DNA of 64,000 bases from Polyangiaceae bacterium. Its GTDB lineage: Bacteria > Myxococcota_A > Polyangia > Polyangiales > Polyangiaceae. Below, piece by piece: positions 1 through 9,585 of this stretch. The translations under genes were made by a program, and so were the position numbers. Numbering within the stretch: the first letter of the stretch is position 1; every line of letters begins with the position of its first letter. The stretch spans positions 1 to 64,000 of the forward strand of contig JANRKO010000020.1 in NCBI GenBank assembly GCA_033763455.1, written 5' to 3'. The notes under the pieces were generated by a model. It saw only the letters and a program-made list of their open reading frames with translations. It did no database searches and was not told the DNA's origin.

Positions 1-179
1 CCCATCACGATTATTTCCACGCTGTAACTTTTCCGCCCTCACTGCGTTGATAGGTGAGGCCATCGCAAGTATCCGTGCACTCCCAACAGCCCTCAGGAGG
101 GTCGCGTCACAAAACAAATACTTGTCATGCAAAGTATCCTCTTCACTCCCAGTAACCCAGGCAGGATACCTTGTTCCAC

Positions 180-203
180 AAGAGCGAAGCACGCTTCGCT
201 CTT
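180..203. terminator. Perfect 11-bp inverted repeat (AAGAGCGAAGC-AC-GCTTCGCTCTT) about 130 bp downstream of mukB; possible terminator or protein-binding palindrome
   Basis: Palindrome read directly from the sequence; no clear U-tract. Confidence 0.4.
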
Positions 204-331
204 CCAGAGAGAGAGCGCGTCAGATTTCGCCACATTCAACGCTGATACCCCTGCGGAAACCAAAAGCACCCGCATCGCTTGATACTCGTTGTAGCGCGCG
301 TGCCCATTACGCAGGCAAACTCAATGGGCTC

Positions 332-3300
332 CTAGAAATCGAACAAGTTACGCTGAACGGGTTTGGTCGTGTCGTTGCTTTCTGCGGCGTTGCTTTCTGC
401 GGTGTTGCTTTCTGCGGCGTTGCTTTCTGCGGCGTTGCTTTCTGCGGTGTTGCTCATATGTTCAACAACGCCTTCCGAAAGCTCCCCGGATGCACCCATC
501 TCGAGTGGGCGAAGTTCAGCTAGATCGCTTGCAACTGGCGCGTGAAGTTCAGCTGGCGCCTGGGCTTCTGGTAGTCTCGACGCGCTAACCTCGGTTTGTG
601 GAGGCCATTCTGGCATTTTGGCGCGGCGTCCGCTTACTAGCACCTCCTCTTTGCCATCGTCGGAAACGCGCCGCACGAGCCTGTAGGTCGTGTTGCCGTC
701 AGAGTGCGCCACCTCGGGCGCGGCTATCAGTAGTTGGAGATCCAGGTTTTCGCAAAGATCGAACAAGATTGCCAAGTTGTCTTGCGAAAGGCGATTAGCT
801 TCGTCCAAAAATAGAAACCGCAGGCACCCATCGGTACGCCGCGAACGCAAGAGGTTTGCGTCGCGCTCCCACTCCGTAAGTATCACCATCATCAGCGCTG
901 CACCGACACCAATGGCTTCACCCGTGGAAACCTGGGTTGGGTTCACGGCTTCCCACGTGTCCTTGGTTTGCCGCCGCACTTCCACACGCAGCTCCAGGTA
1001 TTCGCGATAATCGAGCAATTTTTGGCCACCCGTCCGCCCTCCGCCATAACGGCGGAAGATTTCGTCCATGGCCTCCTCAATCGGCAGGTTGGACTGAAAT
1101 AGTAGTTCTTGGGCGGTTCCCGTGCGGAGAGCCGCAAGCACCTGATCCATGCGCTCGACGCGCCCGAGCTCAACCCGGATACCGGCAATGCTCCCGAAGT
1201 GAACCCCTTCGAGGTACTGATTCAGGCGCCGCACCTGACCCGTGGCCTTGCGCAACTGGACTTCAATGCTGCGTGCTACATCTTCGGAGGTACCTCTTAG
1301 ATCTGTCTCCTGGCGCTCCAGGCGGCCCTCCAAACGCCCCAGATCCGCGCCGAGGTGGCTAAGTGCCTCCAAGGGATCCTCCACCTCTGCTACTTGCGGA
1401 GGCAAACGACGGCGCAACCACTGCCTGACGCTCATCCACTCCGCAAGGTACTGTTCCCATGGCGCGTGAGCCGCAGCAGTGCGAGAAGATTCATTCAAAG
1501 ATTCAGCAAGCTCGACTCCCCCGCGTGCAGCCCTCAGTCTATCCAGCAACAATTCGCGCTTGCTTCGGGACTCAGCCCACAAGCTCAGGCTACTTGCCTC
1601 AGATAGCTCGTTAGCCTCAGCCAGGCTCAGTGCACCCCCCAACACGCCCGACTCGCTCAAGGCCTCCCTTAGACGAGCCCAGGCCTCCTCTGAAGGCGCG
1701 CGCAGAGCCCGTTCTTTCTCTTCTGCAACCTTTGCGAGGTCAAGCGCACGCAACGCCTGTTTGTGACTGGCCTCGCGCAGCGCCACCTCTTTCAGCAGGG
1801 TGCGCTCCTCCAGCTCAAGAGCCGCCTGAGCACTGGCTGCACTCGCGAGTTGTGTCTGGCTTTCGAGCAACGCTTGGTCCGAAAGATCTTCTACCTGCTC
1901 AAGCGCAAGTTCCTCGTTGACTCGCTTTAGGTGGGCTGCCACTGCCAGCTTTTCGGCAGTCGCTGCTTGGGCTTCGGTAGTTAGGCGTTCCCAGACAGCC
2001 TCGGCTTCTAACAGCCGTTGCTCCACTTCTTCAAGCGCTCGACGGCTTGCTTCATGCTGGGCCTCAAGCTCTGGAACTAGCGCCGAGCTACTTGCCAGTC
2101 GTTCGGGCGCTTCGTGCCAGGCTAACGCATGCCTCCACTCTGCCAGCTGTTCGAGCGCCTCAGACACAGCGAACAGTTGATCTCGCTCGGCTTCCGATTT
2201 TTTCCGCTCCACTTCCCAAGCCGCGAGGCTCCGTGCATCCGGTGGAGGCATCGCCAGAGCCTCCACGTGCGCCTTTAGGCACCTCACCTCATGGGCGTGC
2301 AATGCCCACTTCGCACTTGCCTCACGAGCCTTCGCCACTGCCTGGCGTGCAACAGCAACATCGCTGGGTTCCGGTGCATTTTCTAGAAGCCAAGCTTCAG
2401 CCAGCAGTGGCCGCAACGCGTTGAGCTTGCCCTTCAGCGCCCGCACGCGTTCGGCTACCGCCCTGGCTTCTTGGCGACACGCGTCTTTCTCAGCTTCGCG
2501 CGCCGAATACTCCTTTTGTAGCTCGCCTTGACGTAAGGCGGGGTCCCCGTTCCTCCAAAGCTCAAACTCGCGCTCAAGCAGCTCAAGCGCTTCACGCCCA
2601 GCCTCGGCGCGTGGCAGCCATAATTGCAAGGTTTCCAGCTGCAATCCGTGCCGCTCCGCTTCTTCACGCAGCTGTTCCGCACGACGTTCTCGCGCTCGAC
2701 GGCTCAGTGTTCCGGTGGCTTCGACGCGAGTTACGCGCAAGCCGAACTCGGTAGGCACAATCACATCTACCCCGTGGGCACCCTTCACCTCGCGGGATGT
2801 TTGGCCGCCAACCAAGGTACCCGCCTGAATCAACCAAACCGTCGACTGCTCCCTAGGCGCTGCACTCAAGGCCGCAGCGGCGGCTTCCGGATCCATCACC
2901 ACCAGGGCATTTGCCAGTGGCCCGAGCTCCGCCTGAAGGCGATGTGCGGCCTCCACTTCGAGATCCTCAAAACGCTCCGCCAAGAGTTCCCCAGAAACCG
3001 CATCGCGCAGCCTGAGAAGTTCACCATCTGCGCCGCCAGCCTGCTCGAGCCCCTTGGCTTCCTCCAACAAACGCTCACGCTCCGCCGAAAGCCTATCCAG
3101 CTCGCGACGCGTGCGGCGGATCTCACTATCGAGCAGCTTCCGCTGCGCTCCCACCGCGGCGAGGTTCACGGGCAACACCCCTACCAAGGCTTCAGCCCGC
3201 TTCTCTGCCTGCGCAACCTGGCTGAAACGGGCACGCAATTCCTCTAATTGCTTGAGCGCCTGCCCGCACTTCGCAGCCTCCGCGATAGCGTTTTCCAGCC

Positions 3301-5023
3301 GCACCTCAGCGGCAGATTGGGTATCTTCCAGGGAAAGCAGCGCCTCATCGAAACCGTTGAGCGCTTTCGACAGTTCTTGTGGAGCAACCGGAAGCGCAGA
3401 ATCAAGCGCCTGTAGGCGACGCGTGAGTTGCTCCTTTTGGCGTAGCTCTGCGCTCTTTCGCTGTTCAACGTGCAAAAGTTCGTCCAAACGTACACTAAGG
3501 CGGTCGCACTCTTCCCACGTCCGAAGCTCGTCGCGCGCCACAGCGTACAGATCCGAGACGTCGGTTAGATCTCCGTGAAGGGAGCCAAGAGCTTCGTGCG
3601 CCAGCTGATATTCGGCGCGGCGGCGCTCAGCCGTTTCGATCTCCCGATCGCGTCGACCGCGGGCTTGGTCGAGCTCATTTCTACGTGTCGAGGTTGCGAG
3701 CAGGCGTTCCTCCACGCTAGCAGGGTCGAACTCTGGCTCCCTGAGCAACTCTCGTACCTGGGCAAGCGATTGAACGGCCCGGCGGTAGGCGTGCGCACGC
3801 CGATGCAGCTCCTCGAGCCCTTGCTGCAAATTGGCCAACCCTTGCGCGCTCCGCGCAAGGGCATCCTGGGCTCGAAGGCGCTCCTCTTTGGCTTCTTTTC
3901 GGCGACTATCAGCCACTTTTTGGCTTGCAGTGGCCGTATCCGAAACGCTTTCTGCCCTTTCTAGTTCTCGGCCCAGCTCGTCCGCTTTTGCCGCTAGCCC
4001 CCGAGCCCGTTCCAGGCGCTCGGTTCGCTTAGAGAGCGTCTCCAAGCTAGCTTTCAATTCGCCTAGCTTCGTCATCATCGCGCTTTGACGTCGGCGGGAT
4101 TCTCCCAGAGTAAGCTCAAGCTCGGTAACCCTGCTCTGTTCGGTCTCCCGCTCGGCGCGACACCGCTCCAACTTATCTCCGCTTTCACGGATCGATCTTT
4201 CCGTGGCGAGCACCGCGCGGCTGAACATGGCGTGTCCAGCCGTATAAATACCGCTAATTTCGTGCTCCAAGAGGCGCGCCTGGCTCACCTCTAAGCGTGT
4301 TCTGCGGCACGCATCTAGGTTCGAACGCATACGCCCCAACGTACCGAGGAGGCCCCCCTCCTCTTTGAGCAGGAACTGCCGCAGATCAGTCGTAAGGGCA
4401 CGGGAGATGCCGCCGGTCATGCTGGTTCGCAGCATGTCATTGAACTTGCCCTTCTCTTCGTCGCTCGCTAGCCGGAGCGGGCTAATCCCCAACTCAAACA
4501 GCATCGAGAAGTAATCCTTCAGCGTCGGAAAGGTGGCAAAGCCGGCGCCCAGCTTCGCAGCATTCTCCCCAAGCTCGCGCAGCGTGGGCACTTCTTCGTG
4601 AACTTCTGACTGTAGCAATAAGAGTTGCTGGGTACGCACTTCGGGCTTGAGATCCGAAATCAAAAATGGCGTCAATTCGAGCGTTGGCTCAGCTTTTCTG
4701 AGCGCGTGCACGCCTATCAACAATTCGGAACCATCACTCCGAAGGAGCCTCAGGGCCGAATACGATGGCCGGCCGAGCTCCCCCAAACGGCCCCAAATGC
4801 CCTTATCGCCGCCCGTTCCGGCGCTTTCACCGAGATTGGTAAAGCGGAGCCGGGAAAGATCGGGGAAGAGCACCAAATACGCGGCGATCATCACCGTCGT
4901 CTTGCCGGCCCCATTGGCACCTTCGAGGGCCGTTACGTGGCGATCCAGCAAATAGCTTTCACAAAAGACCCCCTTCCAGTTCACCAAACACAGCTCAACG
5001 GCTTGCGTCCGTGTCACGCTCAT
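332..5023 (-). CDS. mukB: Chromosome partition protein MukB (SMC-like ATPase)
   Basis: N-terminal LVNWKG, Walker A GANGAGKTT, long coiled coils around a central hinge, LDYREYLEL, signature VSTGEAIG, Walker B FLFLDEANRL, LQLLIAAPE; 1563 aa; ATGA overlap with mukE. Confidence 0.95.
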   Translation of the reverse strand: MSVTRTQAVELCLVNWKGVFCESYLLDRHVTALEGANGAGKTTVMIAAYLVLFPDLSRLRFTNLGESAGTGGDKGIWGRLGELGRPSYSALRLLRSDGSELLIGVHALRKAEPTLELTPFLISDLKPEVRTQQLLLLQSEVHEEVPTLRELGENAAKLGAGFATFPTLKDYFSMLFELGISPLRLASDEEKGKFNDMLRTSMTGGISRALTTDLRQFLLKEEGGLLGTLGRMRSNLDACRRTRLEVSQARLLEHEISGIYTAGHAMFSRAVLATERSIRESGDKLERCRAERETEQSRVTELELTLGESRRRQSAMMTKLGELKASLETLSKRTERLERARGLAAKADELGRELERAESVSDTATASQKVADSRRKEAKEERLRAQDALARSAQGLANLQQGLEELHRRAHAYRRAVQSLAQVRELLREPEFDPASVEERLLATSTRRNELDQARGRRDREIETAERRRAEYQLAHEALGSLHGDLTDVSDLYAVARDELRTWEECDRLSVRLDELLHVEQRKSAELRQKEQLTRRLQALDSALPVAPQELSKALNGFDEALLSLEDTQSAAEVRLENAIAEAAKCGQALKQLEELRARFSQVAQAEKRAEALVGVLPVNLAAVGAQRKLLDSEIRRTRRELDRLSAERERLLEEAKGLEQAGGADGELLRLRDAVSGELLAERFEDLEVEAAHRLQAELGPLANALVVMDPEAAAAALSAAPREQSTVWLIQAGTLVGGQTSREVKGAHGVDVIVPTEFGLRVTRVEATGTLSRRARERRAEQLREEAERHGLQLETLQLWLPRAEAGREALELLEREFELWRNGDPALRQGELQKEYSAREAEKDACRQEARAVAERVRALKGKLNALRPLLAEAWLLENAPEPSDVAVARQAVAKAREASAKWALHAHEVRCLKAHVEALAMPPPDARSLAAWEVERKKSEAERDQLFAVSEALEQLAEWRHALAWHEAPERLASSSALVPELEAQHEASRRALEEVEQRLLEAEAVWERLTTEAQAATAEKLAVAAHLKRVNEELALEQVEDLSDQALLESQTQLASAASAQAALELEERTLLKEVALREASHKQALRALDLAKVAEEKERALRAPSEEAWARLREALSESGVLGGALSLAEANELSEASSLSLWAESRSKRELLLDRLRAARGGVELAESLNESSRTAAAHAPWEQYLAEWMSVRQWLRRRLPPQVAEVEDPLEALSHLGADLGRLEGRLERQETDLRGTSEDVARSIEVQLRKATGQVRRLNQYLEGVHFGSIAGIRVELGRVERMDQVLAALRTGTAQELLFQSNLPIEEAMDEIFRRYGGGRTGGQKLLDYREYLELRVEVRRQTKDTWEAVNPTQVSTGEAIGVGAALMMVILTEWERDANLLRSRRTDGCLRFLFLDEANRLSQDNLAILFDLCENLDLQLLIAAPEVAHSDGNTTYRLVRRVSDDGKEEVLVSGRRAKMPEWPPQTEVSASRLPEAQAPAELHAPVASDLAELRPLEMGASGELSEGVVEHMSNTAESNAAESNAAESNTAESNAAESNDTTKPVQRNLFDF
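374..454 (-). repeat. In-frame 15-bp tandem repeat (GTTGCTTTCTGCGGY x5 plus a partial copy) encoding SN[A/T]AE x5 in the MukB C-terminal tail
   Basis: Units start at 374, 389, 404, 419, 434 and 449 (partial). Confidence 0.95.
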
Positions 5024-5811
5024 TCCTCGAACTCGTTATCGTCTTCTTCTGGGTCGGCCTCGTTTGAAAGCTCCCCGGCGTCCGAATCAGCGAGCTCATC
5101 GTCTCCTTCGTCTGAGCGCTGAGCCCTGCCCGTCTCGTCAGTGCCTAGAGCTCCCTCAGCGTCTTCGAGTTCTAGCGCATCGGCTCCATCGCCAAGCACC
5201 GCCTCGCCTTTAGCAACGAGCTTGGCGAGTGCCTCAGCCGGGGAGTCGGCGCCACGCACCGGATCCGCGAAGCGCAGGAGCGCTGGGCGCAAACGCACCT
5301 GCTCAGCCGTTAGGATCTCGACAAAGCCAAGCCCTGCGAGTCGCCGAATCGCGTCGTACACCTTGTGGCGAACGGCTTCTTGGGCCACGCGCTCGTCTAC
5401 CCGACGTTTTTTGCCATGTAAAACGCGCATCAACGCGTCCGTACCCATCACACTCGCTAGGTGCGAAAGCACTTCCTCGCGCGTAACATTCCCGCCTTTC
5501 TGCACTGTGAGCGGATCCAAATACATGAGCGCCAAAGCCTGCCCCACGAGCATCTCCGGCACACTGAGGTGCCGCTTCCCCAAACGATCGGTGGTCGGCA
5601 GTAGGTAGAAGTAGCCGTCGGCTACGTGCACGAGTTCGGCCCCGAAGCGCTTGTAAAAAGGCTCTAGAAAGCCATTAGCATCAACCAAAAATTCGTACCA
5701 ACCCACGTCGTGCTGGTCGATATGGCGCCCACGCCGCAGGGCCACATCTACCTCGGGGAAGTGTTCGTGAAGAACGGCCTCACCCAGATCTGCGAAATGC
5801 CCAGAACTCAT
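5020..5811 (-). CDS. mukE: Chromosome partition protein MukE (KITE subunit)
   Basis: FPEVDVALRRGRHI, ELVHVADGYFYLLP and EMLVGQALALMYLDP resemble MukE; acidic tail; ATG at 5811 overlaps the mukF stop (ATGA). Confidence 0.92.
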   Translation of the reverse strand: MSSGHFADLGEAVLHEHFPEVDVALRRGRHIDQHDVGWYEFLVDANGFLEPFYKRFGAELVHVADGYFYLLPTTDRLGKRHLSVPEMLVGQALALMYLDPLTVQKGGNVTREEVLSHLASVMGTDALMRVLHGKKRRVDERVAQEAVRHKVYDAIRRLAGLGFVEILTAEQVRLRPALLRFADPVRGADSPAEALAKLVAKGEAVLGDGADALELEDAEGALGTDETGRAQRSDEGDDELADSDAGELSNEADPEEDDNEFEE

Positions 5812-7136
5812 GATCCCGTCCCCGCATGCTTCAGGCGCCATTGTTCAATCACCAAAGCGTCGTTCACGGTAACCCATGGGCGTTGGCTATTTTTGGGTGG
5901 GCGCGCAAGCTTTGCCACAACCTGCGCCACACGTCCCGCAACTAGGAAGCGTTCTTGCTCAGGAAAATCCTCCGTAACGCGCGCGGTGATTTCGGTGAGA
6001 TCCAAAAGCCCCTCCGCAAGGAGCGCGACAACTTTAGCCTCAATTTCTGCCAAAGGATCCCGCTTCATCTGCTCGGGCTCATCTTTCTGCTCTTCCTTCT
6101 CACGTCGCGGCCGCCGTACCGGAACCGGGGGCTCGGGCGGCAACACACTGCGCAATAAGCGGAGGCCAGGAGTTGCGGCCACCGTGAGCGCAAAGGGGCG
6201 CGCGGCGTGCTCGGAAAGCTGAGCTCTCAAACGCTGATTGAGGGCACGTGCAGGATCTAGCCGCACAATATCCCGAAGGTAACGGTGCACGTATTCGTAA
6301 TACTCAGACCACGCTCTTTGGCGAGCCGCACCCCAACTCGCAATGCGGTCGATTTGGTCCATCACACGCTTGGTAACGGCCTCGCCTTCGGGCCGCTCCC
6401 GTGCAGCCGCAAGCTCCGAAATGTCAGCCAAGATGCTAAGTAGTTGGTGCGTATCGCGCAGTAAGATCTCGTTCAGCTCGCGCAGCGTACGTGCGGTGCT
6501 ATCGAGCAAGGTTTGACAGCGATCGATGGCATTGAACCAATCTACCTCGAGCAGCTTGGACATTTCGCGCTGGAATTCTTCCTGCTGCACGTCGAGCCCG
6601 CGCTGGCGCCGTTCGATACCAGAGATGAGCTCGTTCACGGTGACCTTGAGCGGTGCCGTGACCCCCGTGCGCCACTCATCTTCGGTGTGGGCTGCCTCAG
6701 CGACCGATAAAATTTCGCTCAGGCTAACCAAGAGTGAGCGTGTGAGCAGCGTCAGGCTCTCGCGAGTGAGAACCTCTTCGTCGAGGTAAAACTCCACAAT
6801 CGCCGTCGCCAACCGGGAGAGTGCGAATTCGCCCGCGCGTACAACTCCTCTTCCATCCACGCGCGTCAACATGCGCTGTTCGCGTAAACGCCGAATGGCG
6901 TGGGTGGCTCGGGCCTTTACGTTGTCAGCCCCAGGCTCAAGCGTTTGGCACGTGAGCTCAAACCCATCCACCAGCTGAGCTTCGGTGAACGAGGTGAGCC
7001 CAGCTTGGGCGCCACGGGCGAATAACAGCGCCACAAACCCAAGATCGAGCGTCGAGAGCTCAAGGGAAACCTTGCGCTCCCCTAGCTCTCTCAAGAGCCG
7101 CATCGGGTCTGTGCCCGTCATGCTCGCTTCGGCCAT
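5808..7136 (-). CDS. mukF: Chromosome partition protein MukF (kleisin)
   Basis: 442 aa; winged-helix ATHAIRRLREQRMLTR, DWFNAIDRCQTLL, TLRELNEIL, DRIASWG..W..Y..VHRYLR..VRLD; F-E-B gene order. Confidence 0.92.
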   Translation of the reverse strand: MAEASMTGTDPMRLLRELGERKVSLELSTLDLGFVALLFARGAQAGLTSFTEAQLVDGFELTCQTLEPGADNVKARATHAIRRLREQRMLTRVDGRGVVRAGEFALSRLATAIVEFYLDEEVLTRESLTLLTRSLLVSLSEILSVAEAAHTEDEWRTGVTAPLKVTVNELISGIERRQRGLDVQQEEFQREMSKLLEVDWFNAIDRCQTLLDSTARTLRELNEILLRDTHQLLSILADISELAAARERPEGEAVTKRVMDQIDRIASWGAARQRAWSEYYEYVHRYLRDIVRLDPARALNQRLRAQLSEHAARPFALTVAATPGLRLLRSVLPPEPPVPVRRPRREKEEQKDEPEQMKRDPLAEIEAKVVALLAEGLLDLTEITARVTEDFPEQERFLVAGRVAQVVAKLARPPKNSQRPWVTVNDALVIEQWRLKHAGTGS

Positions 7137-7150
7137 TTAGCCCGTGGCCC

Positions 7151-9439
7151 TCAGGAAAGGCCCGTAACAGGGCCCAAAATCGAGCTACCGAGACCACGAT
7201 AACCCGCGTCGAACACAAGCTCTACCACCTCGCTATCCAACATCTCGTCGGTGCAAGCGACCGCTTTCGGATACACGGGAACTCGGCTGCCAGCACGCAC
7301 ATAGAGGGGCATTCGATCCAGAGGAGAATTCACGTCCCGAAGCCAGCGTGCACCGGAAAGCTTTTCCCCAGACCAAAAATCGACCCACTCCCCTTCTGGC
7401 AGATAAACATCGCGCCGCCCCGCATCATTCATGACGGGCGCCACCAAGAACGAATCACCCAAGTAATACTGATCATCGATGTGCCACACTGTTTGATCGC
7501 GCTCGTGCTCCACCAAAAGTGGCCGCAATACCGGTTTTCCGCTCGTTACGCAGGCTGTGCCCTCTCGGCGGATGTACGGAATAAGTGCGTAGCGGAGCTT
7601 CCACCACTTGCGCACCAAATCCGCAACCTCTGGAAAATCATACGGCTCCCGCGGGGAAGTGCCATGGTACCGGATGTGCGACGTAAAGACGCCAAACTGA
7701 GTCCAACGCACATACAGATTATCACTCGGCCAGCTGTTCATGAAGTCGGGCACGCCATGGAAGCCGGGCACATCGTGGCTCCAAAAAGCAAAGCCCGAGA
7801 GCCCGAGGTGCAGCCCTCCGCGCAACGAGCCCGCCATTCCCTCCCAGGAACAAGCACAATCTCCGCCCCAGTGAATGGGGTAACGCTGAGCACCGGCCCA
7901 GCTTGCGCGTGCCCAAATAACGCCTTCACCCGTAACCTTCTGAGTGATCTCGAAGGCAGCGCGTTGGTAAAGAAGCGGGTAAAGGTTCCGTAGCTGATCC
8001 GCCGGGAGGCTCGCATAATCGGCCCACATGTCGATGGTTTCGCCAAAATCAGTCTTAATGGCTACCGCACCCATCTTCAGCAGCCTCTCCAGCATGCCTT
8101 GGTACCAAAGGACGGCCTCTGGATTACTGAAATCGATCTGCCCAGCAAAATCCTGAGCTGAAAAATCGGAGCGGCTCGTGTCTTCAATCTTCTTCCGTGG
8201 AGCCAAGAAGCGCTTCTCCTTGGCGTACTCGAGGAGGCGATTGCCTTCACCGATGTTCGGGGTCTGCCAGAGCGTCACGCGATAGCCAATGTCACGAAGC
8301 TTCTTGAAGAATCCCGGGGGATCGGGAAAACGGGATTCACTAAACTCCCATTCACAGACCCAATCTTTAGCGAACCAACCCGTGTCGAGGTGCAGCACGT
8401 CGCACGGAAAATCTTCCGCGCGCAGCCGCTCGGCAATGCCCGTCACTTCTTCGTCGGAAAAATACGTCATCCGGCTCATCCAGATCCCGTAAGTAAAACG
8501 CGGTACATCAGCGGGCTTTCCGGTGATGCTCTGATAGTTTTGCAGCACGCGGGTCACGCTCCCGCCACCCACTAGAAAGAGGTCCAGTGCCGGCTCGTTC
8601 ACGACCCCTTGCGCGGCGCGTGTCGATAGATCGGCCAGCGAGAGCCGAACAGCTGTAGAAGTGTGCACAAACAAGCCGTAGGGGCGGCTTGAGAGGTAGA
8701 ACGGGACGTTCTTGTAGGTGCGGCGGTTGTTCACCCCGAGCCCGTCTAGGTTCTCCAAGTCGAAGGTTCGCCCCGAAAGATCCATCTTAGCGAAACGTTC
8801 TCCCGTTCCTGCGAAGCGCTCCTGTGCATCGCTCTCCAGAGAAAACGTTGCACGGACCGGTGCACCCTCGGAGGTGATATAGCCAAGTGCGATGGAGTCG
8901 ACTTGTTTGCGAAAGAAGTGGTCATGCGCGGCTAACGTCACGGGCGTTTTGCCATCTGGGAACAGGGTAATCTCGGGCGATTCGTAGGGCGGAGGCAGAA
9001 GCTCACTCCACTTTTTGATCGGGGCGGCCTGGGTGTTAATGCGCACGCGCACCATCCCCGCAGCATCAACAACATCCCAACCGAACTCTGTCTTAAATAC
9101 CTTCAGCACTTCTTTAGTTGGCAAGGTGTCCGGTACTAACATCTCGCTCTGGCGCTGACACGCCATGCTCTTATTCGAAGGATCAAACACGAGCGTGACC
9201 CGCAGCACCTCCGAACCAAGCGCGGATATATGAAGAGCGTGCACGGTCGGCGCCGCGTCCAGATCCACCGTGAACTGTGTGTACGGCGGGGAGCACGGAC
9301 GAAACGGTAGCCGTACGACGACGCCACGAGCGTCAGCCTCTACGCCGAGCGGTTTGCCCGCCACCCAGAGGCGCTCTCGGGGGTCGTTTTCGGTAGGAAG
9401 GTCGAGAAGATCTTGAAGGACTTGGCTATGTTGTTTCAT
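7151..9439 (-). CDS. GH31 glycoside hydrolase, YicI-like alpha-xylosidase
   Basis: YKNVPFYLS, HLDTGW, KTDFGE (nucleophile), HWGGD (acid/base), WSHDVPGF, YVRWTQFG; start placed at MKQHSQ (9439). Confidence 0.88.
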   Translation of the reverse strand: MKQHSQVLQDLLDLPTENDPRERLWVAGKPLGVEADARGVVVRLPFRPCSPPYTQFTVDLDAAPTVHALHISALGSEVLRVTLVFDPSNKSMACQRQSEMLVPDTLPTKEVLKVFKTEFGWDVVDAAGMVRVRINTQAAPIKKWSELLPPPYESPEITLFPDGKTPVTLAAHDHFFRKQVDSIALGYITSEGAPVRATFSLESDAQERFAGTGERFAKMDLSGRTFDLENLDGLGVNNRRTYKNVPFYLSSRPYGLFVHTSTAVRLSLADLSTRAAQGVVNEPALDLFLVGGGSVTRVLQNYQSITGKPADVPRFTYGIWMSRMTYFSDEEVTGIAERLRAEDFPCDVLHLDTGWFAKDWVCEWEFSESRFPDPPGFFKKLRDIGYRVTLWQTPNIGEGNRLLEYAKEKRFLAPRKKIEDTSRSDFSAQDFAGQIDFSNPEAVLWYQGMLERLLKMGAVAIKTDFGETIDMWADYASLPADQLRNLYPLLYQRAAFEITQKVTGEGVIWARASWAGAQRYPIHWGGDCACSWEGMAGSLRGGLHLGLSGFAFWSHDVPGFHGVPDFMNSWPSDNLYVRWTQFGVFTSHIRYHGTSPREPYDFPEVADLVRKWWKLRYALIPYIRREGTACVTSGKPVLRPLLVEHERDQTVWHIDDQYYLGDSFLVAPVMNDAGRRDVYLPEGEWVDFWSGEKLSGARWLRDVNSPLDRMPLYVRAGSRVPVYPKAVACTDEMLDSEVVELVFDAGYRGLGSSILGPVTGLS

Positions 9440-9585
9440 TGGGAAAATCCCTTCCACTTGGCCCCCCCACAGGAAGGCGCGGCGTCCCGCATGCCATGAA
9501 TCGCGAGCGCTTGCACGAGGGCTTTGCAGCCCTCCTCGTTCTGCGCTCTCATTGACGGATCCCGGCCCCGCTGGTCCCGAACTGC

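Noticed and set aside
170..182. parS site (TGTTCCAC...)
   Set aside because: Only a half-site; the second half does not match GTGGAAC
374..454. CRISPR-like array
   Set aside because: Head-to-tail 15-mers without spacers, in frame within mukB, and no cas genes
47..523. 158-aa plus-strand ORF with VAFCG repeats
   Set aside because: Antisense shadow of the mukB repeat tail
332..7136. Wadjet (JetABCD/MksBEFG) anti-plasmid system
   Set aside because: No JetD/MksG Toprim nuclease is adjacent within the window, and motifs and sizes match MukBEF proper; sequence left of position 1 is unseen
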